Shown here in pieces: positions 1-9,398 of a DNA stretch of 64,000 nt; position 1 is the stretch's first letter; each line of letters begins with the position of its first letter. The translations under genes and the position numbers were made by a program. The DNA comes from Prevotellaceae bacterium (lineage in GTDB: Bacteria; Bacteroidota; Bacteroidia; Bacteroidales; Paludibacteraceae). The notes under the pieces are model-generated. The model did not search any database, had not been told where the DNA came from, and was given only the letters and a program-made list of their open reading frames with translations. The DNA lies in contig JACJXK010000010.1 of assembly GCA_020636675.1 (NCBI GenBank), positions 8,583-72,582 on the forward strand, written 5' to 3'.

Positions 1-521
1 TAAAGAAAGAGGGGATTACAGTCAAACAACGTTTTATATCCGCTATTTCCAACCTGATGGAGGGGGAAATTGAAACTTGCGATGGTAGGATATTATTGCC
101 CAACGACCTTTATATACTGACAAAAGATAGTGTTCCGCTATACTGCCACTCACAATGCAACTGACCAACAAACAATTGATGTGTATATTGAGGATATTTT
201 GGGCAAGTGATAAAAAGTACTTTTCATTCCAAAATGAAAGCGGAGAAGAAATGAACCTTTAAAACGATTTTGTACTATGATTTTTATTGTGGGGTATATA
301 ATCTTCAGCGTCCTTTGCAACTTGTTGTTATCTATAAACAGAAGAATGCCCAACAGATATCAAATTGTGGAGTAAAGAGAAATCGAATAACTAATAATAC
401 GAAGAAGTATAGATAGCTTTTGAATACCGTCCGGATTTTTACAAAGAAATTACAACAAAAATAGGGAATAAATAAATTTCCTTATTATTGAATTGTTTTT
501 CTACTTCTTTTCAGCATCTTC

Positions 522-563
522 AAGGAATTAGATAGGCGGAAAACCACCTATCTAATTCCTTTT
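522..563. terminator. Strong hairpin followed by a short T run (possible terminator)
   Basis: aaggaattagatagg (522-536) pairs with cctatctaattcctt (547-561), followed by TTT. It lies in a non-coding stretch downstream of the decayed thioredoxin-like gene. Confidence 0.3.
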
Positions 564-680
564 GATCGATCTAAAATATGCTTCTAATGCTCCAAACTGT
601 TTAAATTCAATGACTAGTTCTGGTAAAACTGAAAGTGTAAAAAACGAACCTCAACCGGATGGGTTCAAGGCCTCGATCTT

Positions 681-1048
681 CTAAATTAAAAATCGTTTTA
701 TTTTGATTTTAACAACACTCATCAATAACTCTTTTAGTTCATCTTTTGGCAATTCTTTGAGTCATCTGAGGCGCTTCGCCCATCGGAATAAAGAAAGTGA
801 AGGAATATGCGGATACCGAACAAAGCGGCTAATTCCTTTTTCGGTGTTTATTTTTGTAAATGTAGATCTTGTCGTCGTATTCGCAGCAAGTTCTTCGAGC
901 ACTGGTGCATATCATCTTATGGAAGCACCAGTGGCATAGAAATCGATAGTGCAGGTTTGTCCCCCAGATATTTCCATTCTTGCGGATTGTTTTGAAAGTC
1001 CATTACTTTGGTTAAAAATCTGTTTTGGGTTAATTGAATTGTTTTCAT
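681..1048 (-). pseudogene. Thioredoxin-like gene, disrupted by frameshifts and stops
   Basis: Minus-strand translation from ATG at 1048 reads MKTIQLTQNRFLTKVMDFQNNPQEWKYLG. Thioredoxin-type segments (IDFYAT.., APVLEELAA, ..IPSL.., LPKDELKELL) then continue in different frames. The ORF track has no intact minus-strand ORF here. Confidence 0.55.
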
Positions 1049-1181
1049 TTCTTTCTGCTTTTATTATTGTTTGTTTTATTTGAATAATTCTGACAAAAAC
1101 CTAATTGTACAATAGCTATTAGAATTAAATACAATCATAAATAATCTTTTCTTGTTCATTTTTAATCTGTTGTTTCTGACT

Positions 1182-1909
1182 TTAAATAAATAAGCTCATG
1201 TTCGATTTTTCGCACTCAAATAAGTAGCAACGCCGCCTCAATTGAACATTGTCTGTCAACAACTCTTCCGGCTTTACTCCATCCCACATCCATCGACATA
1301 GGTGCAGGTAATCATTTCTACCCGAATCAATAGCTTGCTGCATGTGTTCCAAACTTTCAATATTTTTCTTTTCATAATAATGCGCATCATCCGGCTGCCT
1401 ATGCCTCCCATGTTCATTTTAGAAGGGCTAATTTAGTGCTGTTTGAAGGAAGCATCATACCGAACATTTTGCCGAAAATATCTTTCTTCACGCCGGCTTT
1501 TGTTTCTTTTTGATTACGTTCTAATCCCCTGAAGGTAAAGAAAAAGAGTAGCCTTTTTTCCGGTAGCAGCAATTCCATTTGCAATCAAAAAGCGGCCAAT
1601 GCTTTATCAAATCATCGCTAAAGACTATCATTGTTTTGTTGCCTCCCCATCGAAACGGCAGGTACAGTATCTAGCCGCGTACTTTTTCTACAGTAGATGA
1701 GACCGTTCCTGCTTCGTTTTTTCTTTTCTACCAATTTTGCACCGGTAATGCTACAACTTTCGGCATCTTTGCCCAAATGCCATATCGGTTGCTTTAACCT
1801 CAAATCGTTCGTCTAACATTGAGGTGTATCGTAATGTTTTTTAAGCTGAACAATTGTCCGGACAAGCCAAGCCGCAAGCATCTACTTGAATTATTTTTGT
1901 ATTGCTCAT
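1182..1909 (-). pseudogene. TusA/SirA-like plus DsrE-family sulfur-relay gene, multiple frameshifts and stops
   Basis: The minus strand starts MSNTKIIQVDACGLACP (TusA-type Cys-Pro motif). It then has DsrE-like pieces (TMIVFSDDL.., ..KKKQKPA.., MNMGG.., GVKPEEL.., EKSNMSLFI*) scattered over three frames. Only a 61-aa ORF survives (1618..1803). Confidence 0.5.
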
Positions 1910-1917
1910 ATCTTGAT

Positions 1918-3596
1918 TTATTTCATTTTGATTTCGTCCAAATTGTCCGGTTCGTGATAGCAGGATTGCTCACTATTACCGACAGAGTAGGTTTTTGAAG
2001 CCTCCCGAAAGATTGTACACGTTCAAATCCTTTTTGAATCAGTATTCTGTAGGCCAAATAAGCTCGCAGACCAATGCCGCAATACAAAATAATTCTTTTG
2101 TCAGTGGTAATTTATCCAAGCTTTTCGCAAATCGTCAACAGGAATATTTACCGCTCCGTCTATGTGGTTTAAACTGTATTCGTATGCGCCGTGCGGACAT
2201 CCAACAGAAAATCCTTTACCGAATCAATTGCTTCAATGTCCCTCCAATGTACAACCTTCATTTTACCTTTTAGAATATTTTCTGCCACAAATCCGGCAAT
2301 ATTCATAGGTCATTTAGCCGACGAAAATTGGGTAGTAGTTGTTCAAACAATTCTGTCAGGTCGTAATCAATTAGCAGCTTTTGTTTTGTATAACTTGCGC
2401 CAGCATCTCAATTCGTTTGTCCACCATCGAAACCAACGACCTGCGCTCCGTACACACCGCCTGTTTTGGGTGCAAAACTATTTTAATCGAAAGCGGCAGC
2501 GAGCCGATAATATCCTGCATGCGAAAAACTATGGGTATAGACGAAGATAATCCACGTTCAGCTTTTTCAGTATTTTGGCAGGAACTCCGGCAGCGGCAAA
2601 CCGTCATATATCAAACTACTTTGGCAATGGAATTCCCTATTGTTCCTTTGTAAATATGCTTGTTTCCTTCTAATATATTATCGACCGCAATTAAGCGCTT
2701 GTTTGTTTGCTTAATATGCCAGCGGAATAAGCGCGGAAGGTTGGTTGCCGGATTAGTTACCTCAACGGCATCTCCACTGCATATATATGTTCGTTCGGAA
2801 GTTTGCATGTATTCAACTCCAAATTCCACCAAACTGCCAATTTTTCAATCCGGCGGCTTCTGCCAATTGTTTTTCCGGTTAACACTGATACTGTTGATTA
2901 CCATGTCGGTTTCAATCTGTTTATCGCCGTTCAACAATACATTCAACCGATTTCCAGCTGTCAAATCCGATAACTTTTCTTTCAGCCAAGATTTTTTTTC
3001 TCTTTCAAATGTTGGAGAACCATAGCTGCCCATCGAAAAATCTAGGCCATCACTTGATCGTTCATTTCAACAATATCTACTTCCAAGCCTGCTTCATGGT
3101 ACGGTTTCCGCCATTCAAACCGATAAATCCATGCCATAAGTACTGCTCGTTTGGCTTGTATTGTTCGATATAGTTTTTGATAGCATCTGTATCCGGTACA
3201 CTTCTAATGAATATTTTAGGATTATCAATGCGGGAAGCGGAAGTTTACGGGTTTCTGCTCCGGTAGAAATAATAAGTTTATCGTACGATTCAGCATACTC
3301 TTCTCCGTTTTTAAGTCCTTTACACTTACGGTTTTATCTTTGGGAGAGATAAACATAACTTCTGATTGCAAGCGGATATCAATATTGAAACGATTAATAA
3401 ATCCGTCTGCCGTTTGAACAAACAACCGGTCGCGCTCAGCAATTGTGCCGCCTATATAATAAGGAAGTCCGCAATTAGCGTACGAAACATATTCTCCTCG
3501 CTCAAACAGGATAATTTCAGCATTTTCATCCATTCGGCGAAGTCGGGCTGCCGCGGTTGCTCCTCCTGCCACTCCTCCAATAATTAGTATTTTCAT
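1918..3596 (-). pseudogene. CoA-disulfide reductase / NADH oxidase with C-terminal rhodanese domain, fragmented
   Basis: ORF 3225..3596 encodes an intact FAD-binding N-terminus (MKILIIGGVAGGATAAARLRR...YANCGLPYYIGG) and then stops. ORFs 2845..3033 and 2611..2832, plus a rhodanese-like tail around 1920-2300 (..LLDVRT..EY...HI.GA.NIP..), continue the family in other frames. Confidence 0.65.
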
Positions 3597-3656
3597 ATAT
3601 AATTTGTGTTTATTGTAAATATTGTCTATTAGAAAATAAAAAGATAAAAAAAACGA

Positions 3657-4013
3657 TTACTCGTTTTTTATCAGTTTCGATAGAACATTGTCTAATGGAA
3701 TAGGTCGTTTTTTCATCGATTCCACTATTTTTTCACCCTCTTTCGATAACGAGAAAATCATTTTCCGCTTATCTTCCATTCCTATTTCACGCTTAATCCA
3801 ACCTTTTTCTTCTACCGACATAATAATTTTTGATACGCGCGAGTTGGAAAGACCTATAAATTCCGAAATTTCGTTGGCTGCATGAGGTTGTCCGTCTTTC
3901 ATGCAGCACAAGAGCATTGCTTCGTTTATCGTCATATCGAATTCCTTAGCAAACTCTTTTTCAACCGCATACAATGCTTTGTATATATCTTTTATCTGAC
4001 AAATTAATTCCAT
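3657..4013 (-). CDS. MarR-family winged-helix transcriptional regulator
   Basis: Intact 118-aa ORF of MarR-like size. It has a wHTH-type segment (ANEISEFIGLSNSRVSKIIMSVEEKGWIKRE). Confidence 0.75.
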   Translation of the reverse strand: MELICQIKDIYKALYAVEKEFAKEFDMTINEAMLLCCMKDGQPHAANEISEFIGLSNSRVSKIIMSVEEKGWIKREIGMEDKRKMIFSLSKEGEKIVESMKKRPIPLDNVLSKLIKNE

Positions 4014-4177
4014 TGAAAATAGTTTCTACTGTGAAATATTTTGCAAATAAAACAATAATCTTTGAAATATACAACTCTGAACTATTAAAGTTTTAAAAAT
4101 ACAGTTTGTCACAGCGGCAGCAACTCAAGGTTTTGGTTGCTGCCGGTTGAAAAAAAATAATCTTTTTAAGTCGAGCG

Positions 4178-4504
4178 TTATCCCTTAATCATTGTAAGCA
4201 ACATTTTAAATTGTTGCTTTGCAAATAAAGCATGCGGAATATTGGCCGGCATAATTACCGACTGACCTGCTGTCAATAATAATGGCTTACCATTAATAGT
4301 GATTTCGGCTTCTCCATCTATGATTTCGACCACTGCATCGAATGGTGCGGTATGTTCGCTTAATCCCTGCCCTTTATCGAACGAAAAAAGGGTAATGTTT
4401 CCCGCATCGTTCTTTAGAACTTGTTTGCTGATTACTCCTCCTTCGGAATATTCAATCATTTCCGCCATGTTAAGAATGGCACCTTTTTCAAATAATTCGC
4501 TCAT
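4178..4504 (-). CDS. Cupin-domain protein
   Basis: Intact 108-aa ORF with a cupin-like pattern (G.GLSEHTAPFDAVV.IIDGEAEI.I.G....L.AGQSVIMPANIPHAL). Confidence 0.7.
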   Translation of the reverse strand: MSELFEKGAILNMAEMIEYSEGGVISKQVLKNDAGNITLFSFDKGQGLSEHTAPFDAVVEIIDGEAEITINGKPLLLTAGQSVIMPANIPHALFAKQQFKMLLTMIKG

Positions 4505-4529
4505 GATTATATGTGTTTATTTGTGAATT

Positions 4530-6177
4530 TTATCCTAAAAATATCTTCATATCCTCATCCGGCGTTGTAATTCCCGCGATACCGAAATTATCTATTAACA
4601 CCTTGGCAACATTTGGCGAAAGGAATGCCGGCAGTGTAGGTCCTAAGTGGATATTCTTTACGCCCAACGACAATAAAGCCAACAGAACAATCACCGCTTT
4701 TTGCTCGTACCAAGCAATGTTGTAGGCTATCGGCAACTCGTTCACATCATGCAGTTCAAACACCTCTTTCAGTTTCAGCGCTATCAGTGCCAATGAATAG
4801 CTGTCGTTGCATTGTCCGGCATCCAACACGCGAGGAATACCGCCTATATCGCCTAACGGTAATTTATTGTAACGATATTTGGCGCAACCTGCTGTAAGGA
4901 TAACGGTATCTTTCGGAAGTTTTTCGGCAAATTCGGTGTAATAATTCCGGCTTTTCATGCGCCCATCGCAACCTGCCATGACGAAGAATTTACGGATAGC
5001 GCCCGATTTTACGGCATCGACAACTTTGTCGGCAAGCGCGAATACCTGTTCGTGAGCAAAACCTCCGGATTATTTCTCCTGTTTCAATCTCTGTTGGCGC
5101 TTTACATTGTTTGGCGTGTTCGATTAATTTTGAAAAATCTTTCGATTGCCCGGTTTTGCGGTCTTCGATGTGTGTGAATCCGCTGAATCCGGAAGCGCCT
5201 GTGAGTGTAAACCCGATCGGCATAAGTCGAAGTGGAACGAGGCGGCACAATACAGTTGGTTGTAAACAGAAAAATAACGCCATTGAACGTTCAGAAATCT
5301 TCGTTTTGCTTCCACCAGGCGCTGCCGTAGTTGCCCGCGAAATGTTTGTATTTCTTGAATGCCGGATAGTAATGTGCCGGAAGCATTTCGCTGTGTGTAT
5401 AAACATCTACGCCTGTGCCTTCGGTTTGCTCCAGTAAATCCTGCATATCGCGCAGGTCGTGTCCCGAAATCAAAATAGCGGGATTATTACGCACACCGAT
5501 ATTGACTTTGGTAATTTCAGGATTTCCGAAATTGGAAGTGTCATGGCTTTATCGAGCAACGCCATTGTTTTAACGCCGTATTCGCCGCATTTCAACACCA
5601 ATGCTGTCAGTTCATCGGCAGAAAGTTCTTGCGTTGTAGCTACCAATGCTTCTTGCATAAAAGCATGAATATCATTATCTTCGAAACCCAGATTTACAGC
5701 GTGTTCGGCATAAGCCGCCATGCCTTTCAGACCGTAAGTAAGCAGTTCGCGCAATGAACGCACATCTTCGTTTTCGGTTTTGAGTACGCCGACTGTCGTC
5801 GCCTTCGCTTCCATTTCGTCCAAGTTGTTCCCACTCCAAGTCATACAGTCGCAATCGGACACAACATCCATTTCTGCTGCAAGCTTATCGCGCAAAGCAA
5901 TAGCTTCTTTAATGCGAGCAACAAAGCGTTCTTTGTCGAAATTGGCATTGGTAATGGTCATAAATAGCGATTCCATCACAAAGTGATTAGTTTGGGCAGA
6001 CACCTCAACGCCCTTTTTACGCATTTCTGCAGTATAGCGCGAAAAATACCTTTCAGCAGGAATATCAATAAAATCCTGCAAGTTAAGCCACATCCGGAAG
6101 TCTTTCCGCATACTCCTTTTATTGTACAGCCTTTGTTCTGGGCTGTTTCCTGACGTGATAAAGCAAAACATACTCAT
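4530..6177 (-). pseudogene. hcp: Hydroxylamine reductase / hybrid-cluster protein, at least 4 frameshifts
   Basis: Hcp-type sequence is split over ORFs 5470..6177, 5291..5494, 4990..5406 and 4530..4979. The pieces include [56 protein letters not shown] and [24 protein letters not shown]...AWYEQKAV. The N-terminal Cys-cluster region also reads out of frame (MSMFCFITSG..). Confidence 0.85.
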
Positions 6178-6270
6178 AATTTTAATTTCTAAAGGTTTAC
6201 AATTGTTTTTAAATTAGCACTTTATCAAGCGGGAACTCTTACAACCAAATTCGTAATTCGTAATTGATAA

Positions 6271-7120
6271 TTATATCCAGTTTTCTTCTAATATTTCTCC
6301 TTGAATACCGATAACAACTTTTTTTATCGGAATTTTGTTTGAAGCCTTTCCCAAAGCCATTTTTACTAATTGCAGCAATCCTCCGCAGCAAGGTACTTCC
6401 ATGACAACAACCGTCAATGTGTTAATGTTTGATTGTTCTATCATGGCGGTTATTTTTTTCGACATAGATTTCTTTTCCGCTGTCGAGTTTGGGGCAGGCA
6501 ATGGCTAATACGCGATTTTTAATAAACCGATCGTGAAAATTGCCATACGAAAAGGCTGTACAATCGGCGGCAATCACCACATCGGCACCTTGGAAATACC
6601 CGGCCTGCGGATTCAACAAATGAAGTTGAACCGGCCATTGACGTAGTTGCGAAGGTGTATCCTTTGCCGTGGCGATTGAATTTACCGGAGCAAAGGACAT
6701 TTCCCTGCTGCCCGGACAGGCGGTAAAGCCTTGTCCGCAACTGCCTTTTTTATCATTGTTCTCTGTATCCATATTTATTTCTATATTATGTTCTTTGAGA
6801 TAACGAAGACCTTGGGCTAAAAGCTCTGTTTCATTGTGATTTTTCAAATGATTCAAATGAGCCAAAATTGTTTTCTTGCCTTTGGGCACAAGTCTTTCCA
6901 TAACCGCAATTTCGTCGTAAGGTTCTGCTTCGCGTTCTTCAAAGTCTATTGCTCCCAGAGGGCATTCGCCGATACAAGCTCCCAAACCGTCGCAATACAA
7001 ATCGCTGATCATTCGCGCTTTTCCATCAATCAACTGCAATGCTCCTTCGTGACAACCATCGACACAAATTCCGCAGCCGTTGCACAATTCTTCATCTATT
7101 TTTATAACTGTTCTTTTCAT
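6271..7120 (-). pseudogene. 4Fe-4S dicluster domain protein (hcp-associated), single frameshift in a homopolymer
   Basis: ORF 6422..7120 carries CNGCGICVDGC and CDGLGACIGECP motifs. The conserved C-terminus (KKITAMIEQSNINTLTVVVMEVPCCGG...) continues in ORF 6271..6501 in another frame. The switch coincides with a T7 run at 6453-6459. Confidence 0.7.
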
Positions 7121-7172
7121 TAATCTTTTTCAATTATCTTTTTGCAAACATACAGTAGTATAGAAACAAAAA

Positions 7173-7190
7173 CCGTAACATTCGTTACGG
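7173..7190. promoter_or_regulatory. Crp/Fnr(HcpR)-type palindromic box ccGTAAC-attc-GTTACgg between divergent promoters
   Basis: Perfect inverted repeat GTAAC-N4-GTTAC at 7175-7188. Its centre lies about 41 bp from the inferred TSS of TAnnTTTG-type -7 boxes on both strands (TATGTTTG on minus at 7152-7145; TAACTTTG on plus at 7210-7217). Confidence 0.5.
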
Positions 7191-7232
7191 GTATGAGATT
7201 TATTATGTATAACTTTGCAAAAAATAGAATTT

Positions 7233-7895
7233 ATGAATCAAGACTTACTGTTTTTCTGTACAATGTGCCAAGAAAAATCTCCGAAAGAGATTGATAAAAT
7301 AAGATGTACAATAGACCATACGGTAAAAAACTATAAAAGGGGGGATTTGATTGCTTCGCAGGGTGACCGCATATCAAGCTTGTACATGCTGACGAAAGGG
7401 AAAGTGAAGACGGAGATTATTTCCAAATCGGGGCTTACTGTTTCTGTAGAAGAGATCACGGCTCCTTATCCATTAGCAGCAGCTTTCATCTTTGCGGATA
7501 ATAACCGATTTCCGGTGGAGGTTACTGCAATGGAGGATTGTGAAGTGGTACTTATTAGTAAATCGTCTATTGAAAAACAGATGGCTAAATGCCCTGGATT
7601 TCTGAGAGGATTTATGGCTTTTATAGCTAACCGGGTACAGTTTTTGTTGGAAAGGTTGAAAATTTTTTCACAAAAAGGAATTAAGGCTAAAATGGCCTAT
7701 TATATTCTGCAACACGACAAAAACGGTTCTTTTGAATTGGGACGGAGCATCGCATCACTTGCCGAGTATTTTGGAGTGGAACGCCCTTCTCTTTCAAGAG
7801 CCATATCCGAGATGACTCACGATGGTATTATCGAGTTTGAAGCAGGTAAAGGAAAAATTTTAAGGTATAATGATCTGAAAGAATTATTGGGATGA
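7233..7895 (+). CDS. Crp/Fnr-family transcriptional regulator (HcpR-like by context)
   Basis: Intact ORF with a cNMP-binding-like N-terminal part and a C-terminal HTH (RSIASLAEYFGVERPSLSRAISEMTHDGII). ATG 7233 is preferred over the TTG at 7215. It is divergent from the Fe-S/hcp genes. Confidence 0.85.
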   Translation: MNQDLLFFCTMCQEKSPKEIDKIRCTIDHTVKNYKRGDLIASQGDRISSLYMLTKGKVKTEIISKSGLTVSVEEITAPYPLAAAFIFADNNRFPVEVTAMEDCEVVLISKSSIEKQMAKCPGFLRGFMAFIANRVQFLLERLKIFSQKGIKAKMAYYILQHDKNGSFELGRSIASLAEYFGVERPSLSRAISEMTHDGIIEFEAGKGKILRYNDLKELLG

Positions 7896-7912
7896 AAACT
7901 AACTGTTAAAAA

Positions 7913-8881
7913 TTAAACCGTCATATTGTAATAACTTAATTTATTCTTGTATTTCTCTATAATCATCAACGGAATATTGAAAAGAGGAACATTGTAGTTT
8001 ATGCCAGTTTTTATACGCTTTCCTTTTAGCCAAAGATTTCCGTCAAACGATTGACAGATATTACTTTCAAGTAAATGAACAATATCAATGTATGATAACC
8101 CGGTATAACAAGCAAATAGAAATATATCCTTTACATGTTCTAGTCTTAAACAATCAAATTGTTTTCCAATGATTGCCTCTAATTCTTTTTCGGTCAAATA
8201 TCCTTTATCCACTTTCTTGACTGAAATTATATAACCTGTGAACGGATGACGTTGAATTATGCCTGTATTATGAGCAAATGTTACTATTTTTTTGAGGTAT
8301 TGAATCATCTTTGCCGCTACATTATGGCTTAATCTGCATTCGGTTTTTAAGAATACCTCGTAATCATTTACAAACATCAGATTCATATCTCGTAACAGCA
8401 TATCCGCCATTTTATAGCGATATTTTATAAATTCGCTTACACGTTGTCGTGCCAATAGGTATTTTTTATAAGTAGAATCTGATCTATCTACACCTACCAG
8501 TTTCTTTAAATCTGTGTTATGTTTATCAAAAAGAGTAAGGATAGTTTCATAGGAATCATCTATGCCTAGAAAAGAGTTTTTCAGAATGTCGGAAGTAACC
8601 CCCTTGCCGCCTGCTAATAAAGTATGGTAATGAGATTTTATTTTGGCTTTAATTCCATCCAATATATCATTGATCTGCCCAACTTCTTTGTTTCGTCCGA
8701 CAGCTTTTCCGGCCGAAACATTCCACAAATCAGGATCAATTTCAAGTTTTGTGCTAAACTGTGCCACTTCTCCATTAACTGTTATCCGAGCAATAATAGG
8801 CATATTGCCATTTGCTTTTTGCGCGTTCCTTTTTAGAAAAAACGATACGCTAAATGTACTTTTTGTTGTCTTCATTTTCAT
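7913..8881 (-). pseudogene. Tyrosine site-specific integrase, 3'-truncated
   Basis: The 322-aa ORF has a Bacteroidetes integrase N-terminal arm-binding and SAM-like region and the start of the catalytic domain (FLFACYTGLSYIDIVHL). It ends (..KYKNKLSYYNMTV*) before the expected H-x-x-R and catalytic Tyr segment. Its stop sits 18 bp from the Crp gene stop. Confidence 0.7.
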
Positions 8882-9076
8882 TAATTTTAATGTTACAAAC
8901 CTAAATTAAAACTCTAAAAATGAGATACTTCCGACAAGGACAATATGCGACAGGAATCAGGCAATTTTGAACAATCTGTGACCTATTTTTAAGATTTTCT
9001 GATAGGTCACGATTAAGTCATAAAAACTTGTCTTTTTTTGTCTAATCTTTGACTTTATGTGGTAAGGAGTTAGAAA

Positions 9077-9112
9077 CGAAAAAATCCTACAACCTGTTGA
9101 GATTGTAGGATT
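9077..9112 (-). terminator. Rho-independent terminator downstream of tRNA-Asp
   Basis: Stem aatcctacaa (9083-9092) pairs with ttgtaggatt (9103-9112). It is followed on the minus strand by a T6 run. Confidence 0.5.
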
Positions 9113-9159
9113 TGTCTTGTTTTTGTCGCCTTTTCGGCGCGTTACAATTGAACTTTTAG

Positions 9160-9233
9160 CGGTGCGGACGGGACTCGAACCCGTGACCCCATGCGTGACA
9201 GGCATGTATTCTAACCAACTGAACTACCGCACC
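9160..9233 (-). tRNA. tRNA-Asp (anticodon GTC)
   Basis: The reverse complement folds as a 74-nt cloverleaf: GGTGCGG-TA-GTTC-AGTTGGTTA-GAAT-A-CATGC-CTGTCAC-GCATG-GGGTC-ACGGG-TTCGAGT-CCCGT-CCGCACC-G. CCA is not encoded. Confidence 0.95.
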
Positions 9234-9398
9234 ATTTCTTTTTATCTTTTTACTGTGCAACTCTCTCCTGAATTGCGATGCAAAGATATGCGTATTTTGC
9301 CAATTGTGCAAGAGGTGTAGCGACTTTTTTTTGAAAAATATTTACTTTTTTTGGGGAGAAAATGAAACCCAATTTCTCCCCAATCTTTTGGTGTGTGG

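Noticed and set aside
2-163. Open frame reaching the left window edge (..RILLPNDLYILTKDSVPLYCHSQCN*)
   Set aside because: It may be the 3' end of a gene. However, only 53 codons are visible and I recognised no motif, so this is too little to call.
1-7120. Attributing all frameshifts in the left 7 kb to sequencing error
   Set aside because: This cannot be excluded without reads. However, the disruptions are concentrated in five neighbouring genes, with several per gene and not only at homopolymers. More than 40 kb of long ORFs elsewhere are clean, so real pseudogenisation is the better reading. The single A7 case at 6453-6459 remains ambiguous.
7913-9233. An intact integrative/conjugative element or prophage at tRNA-Asp
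   Set aside because: The integrase lacks its catalytic C-terminus. No excisionase, mobilisation, conjugation or phage structural genes are present in the adjacent sequence.
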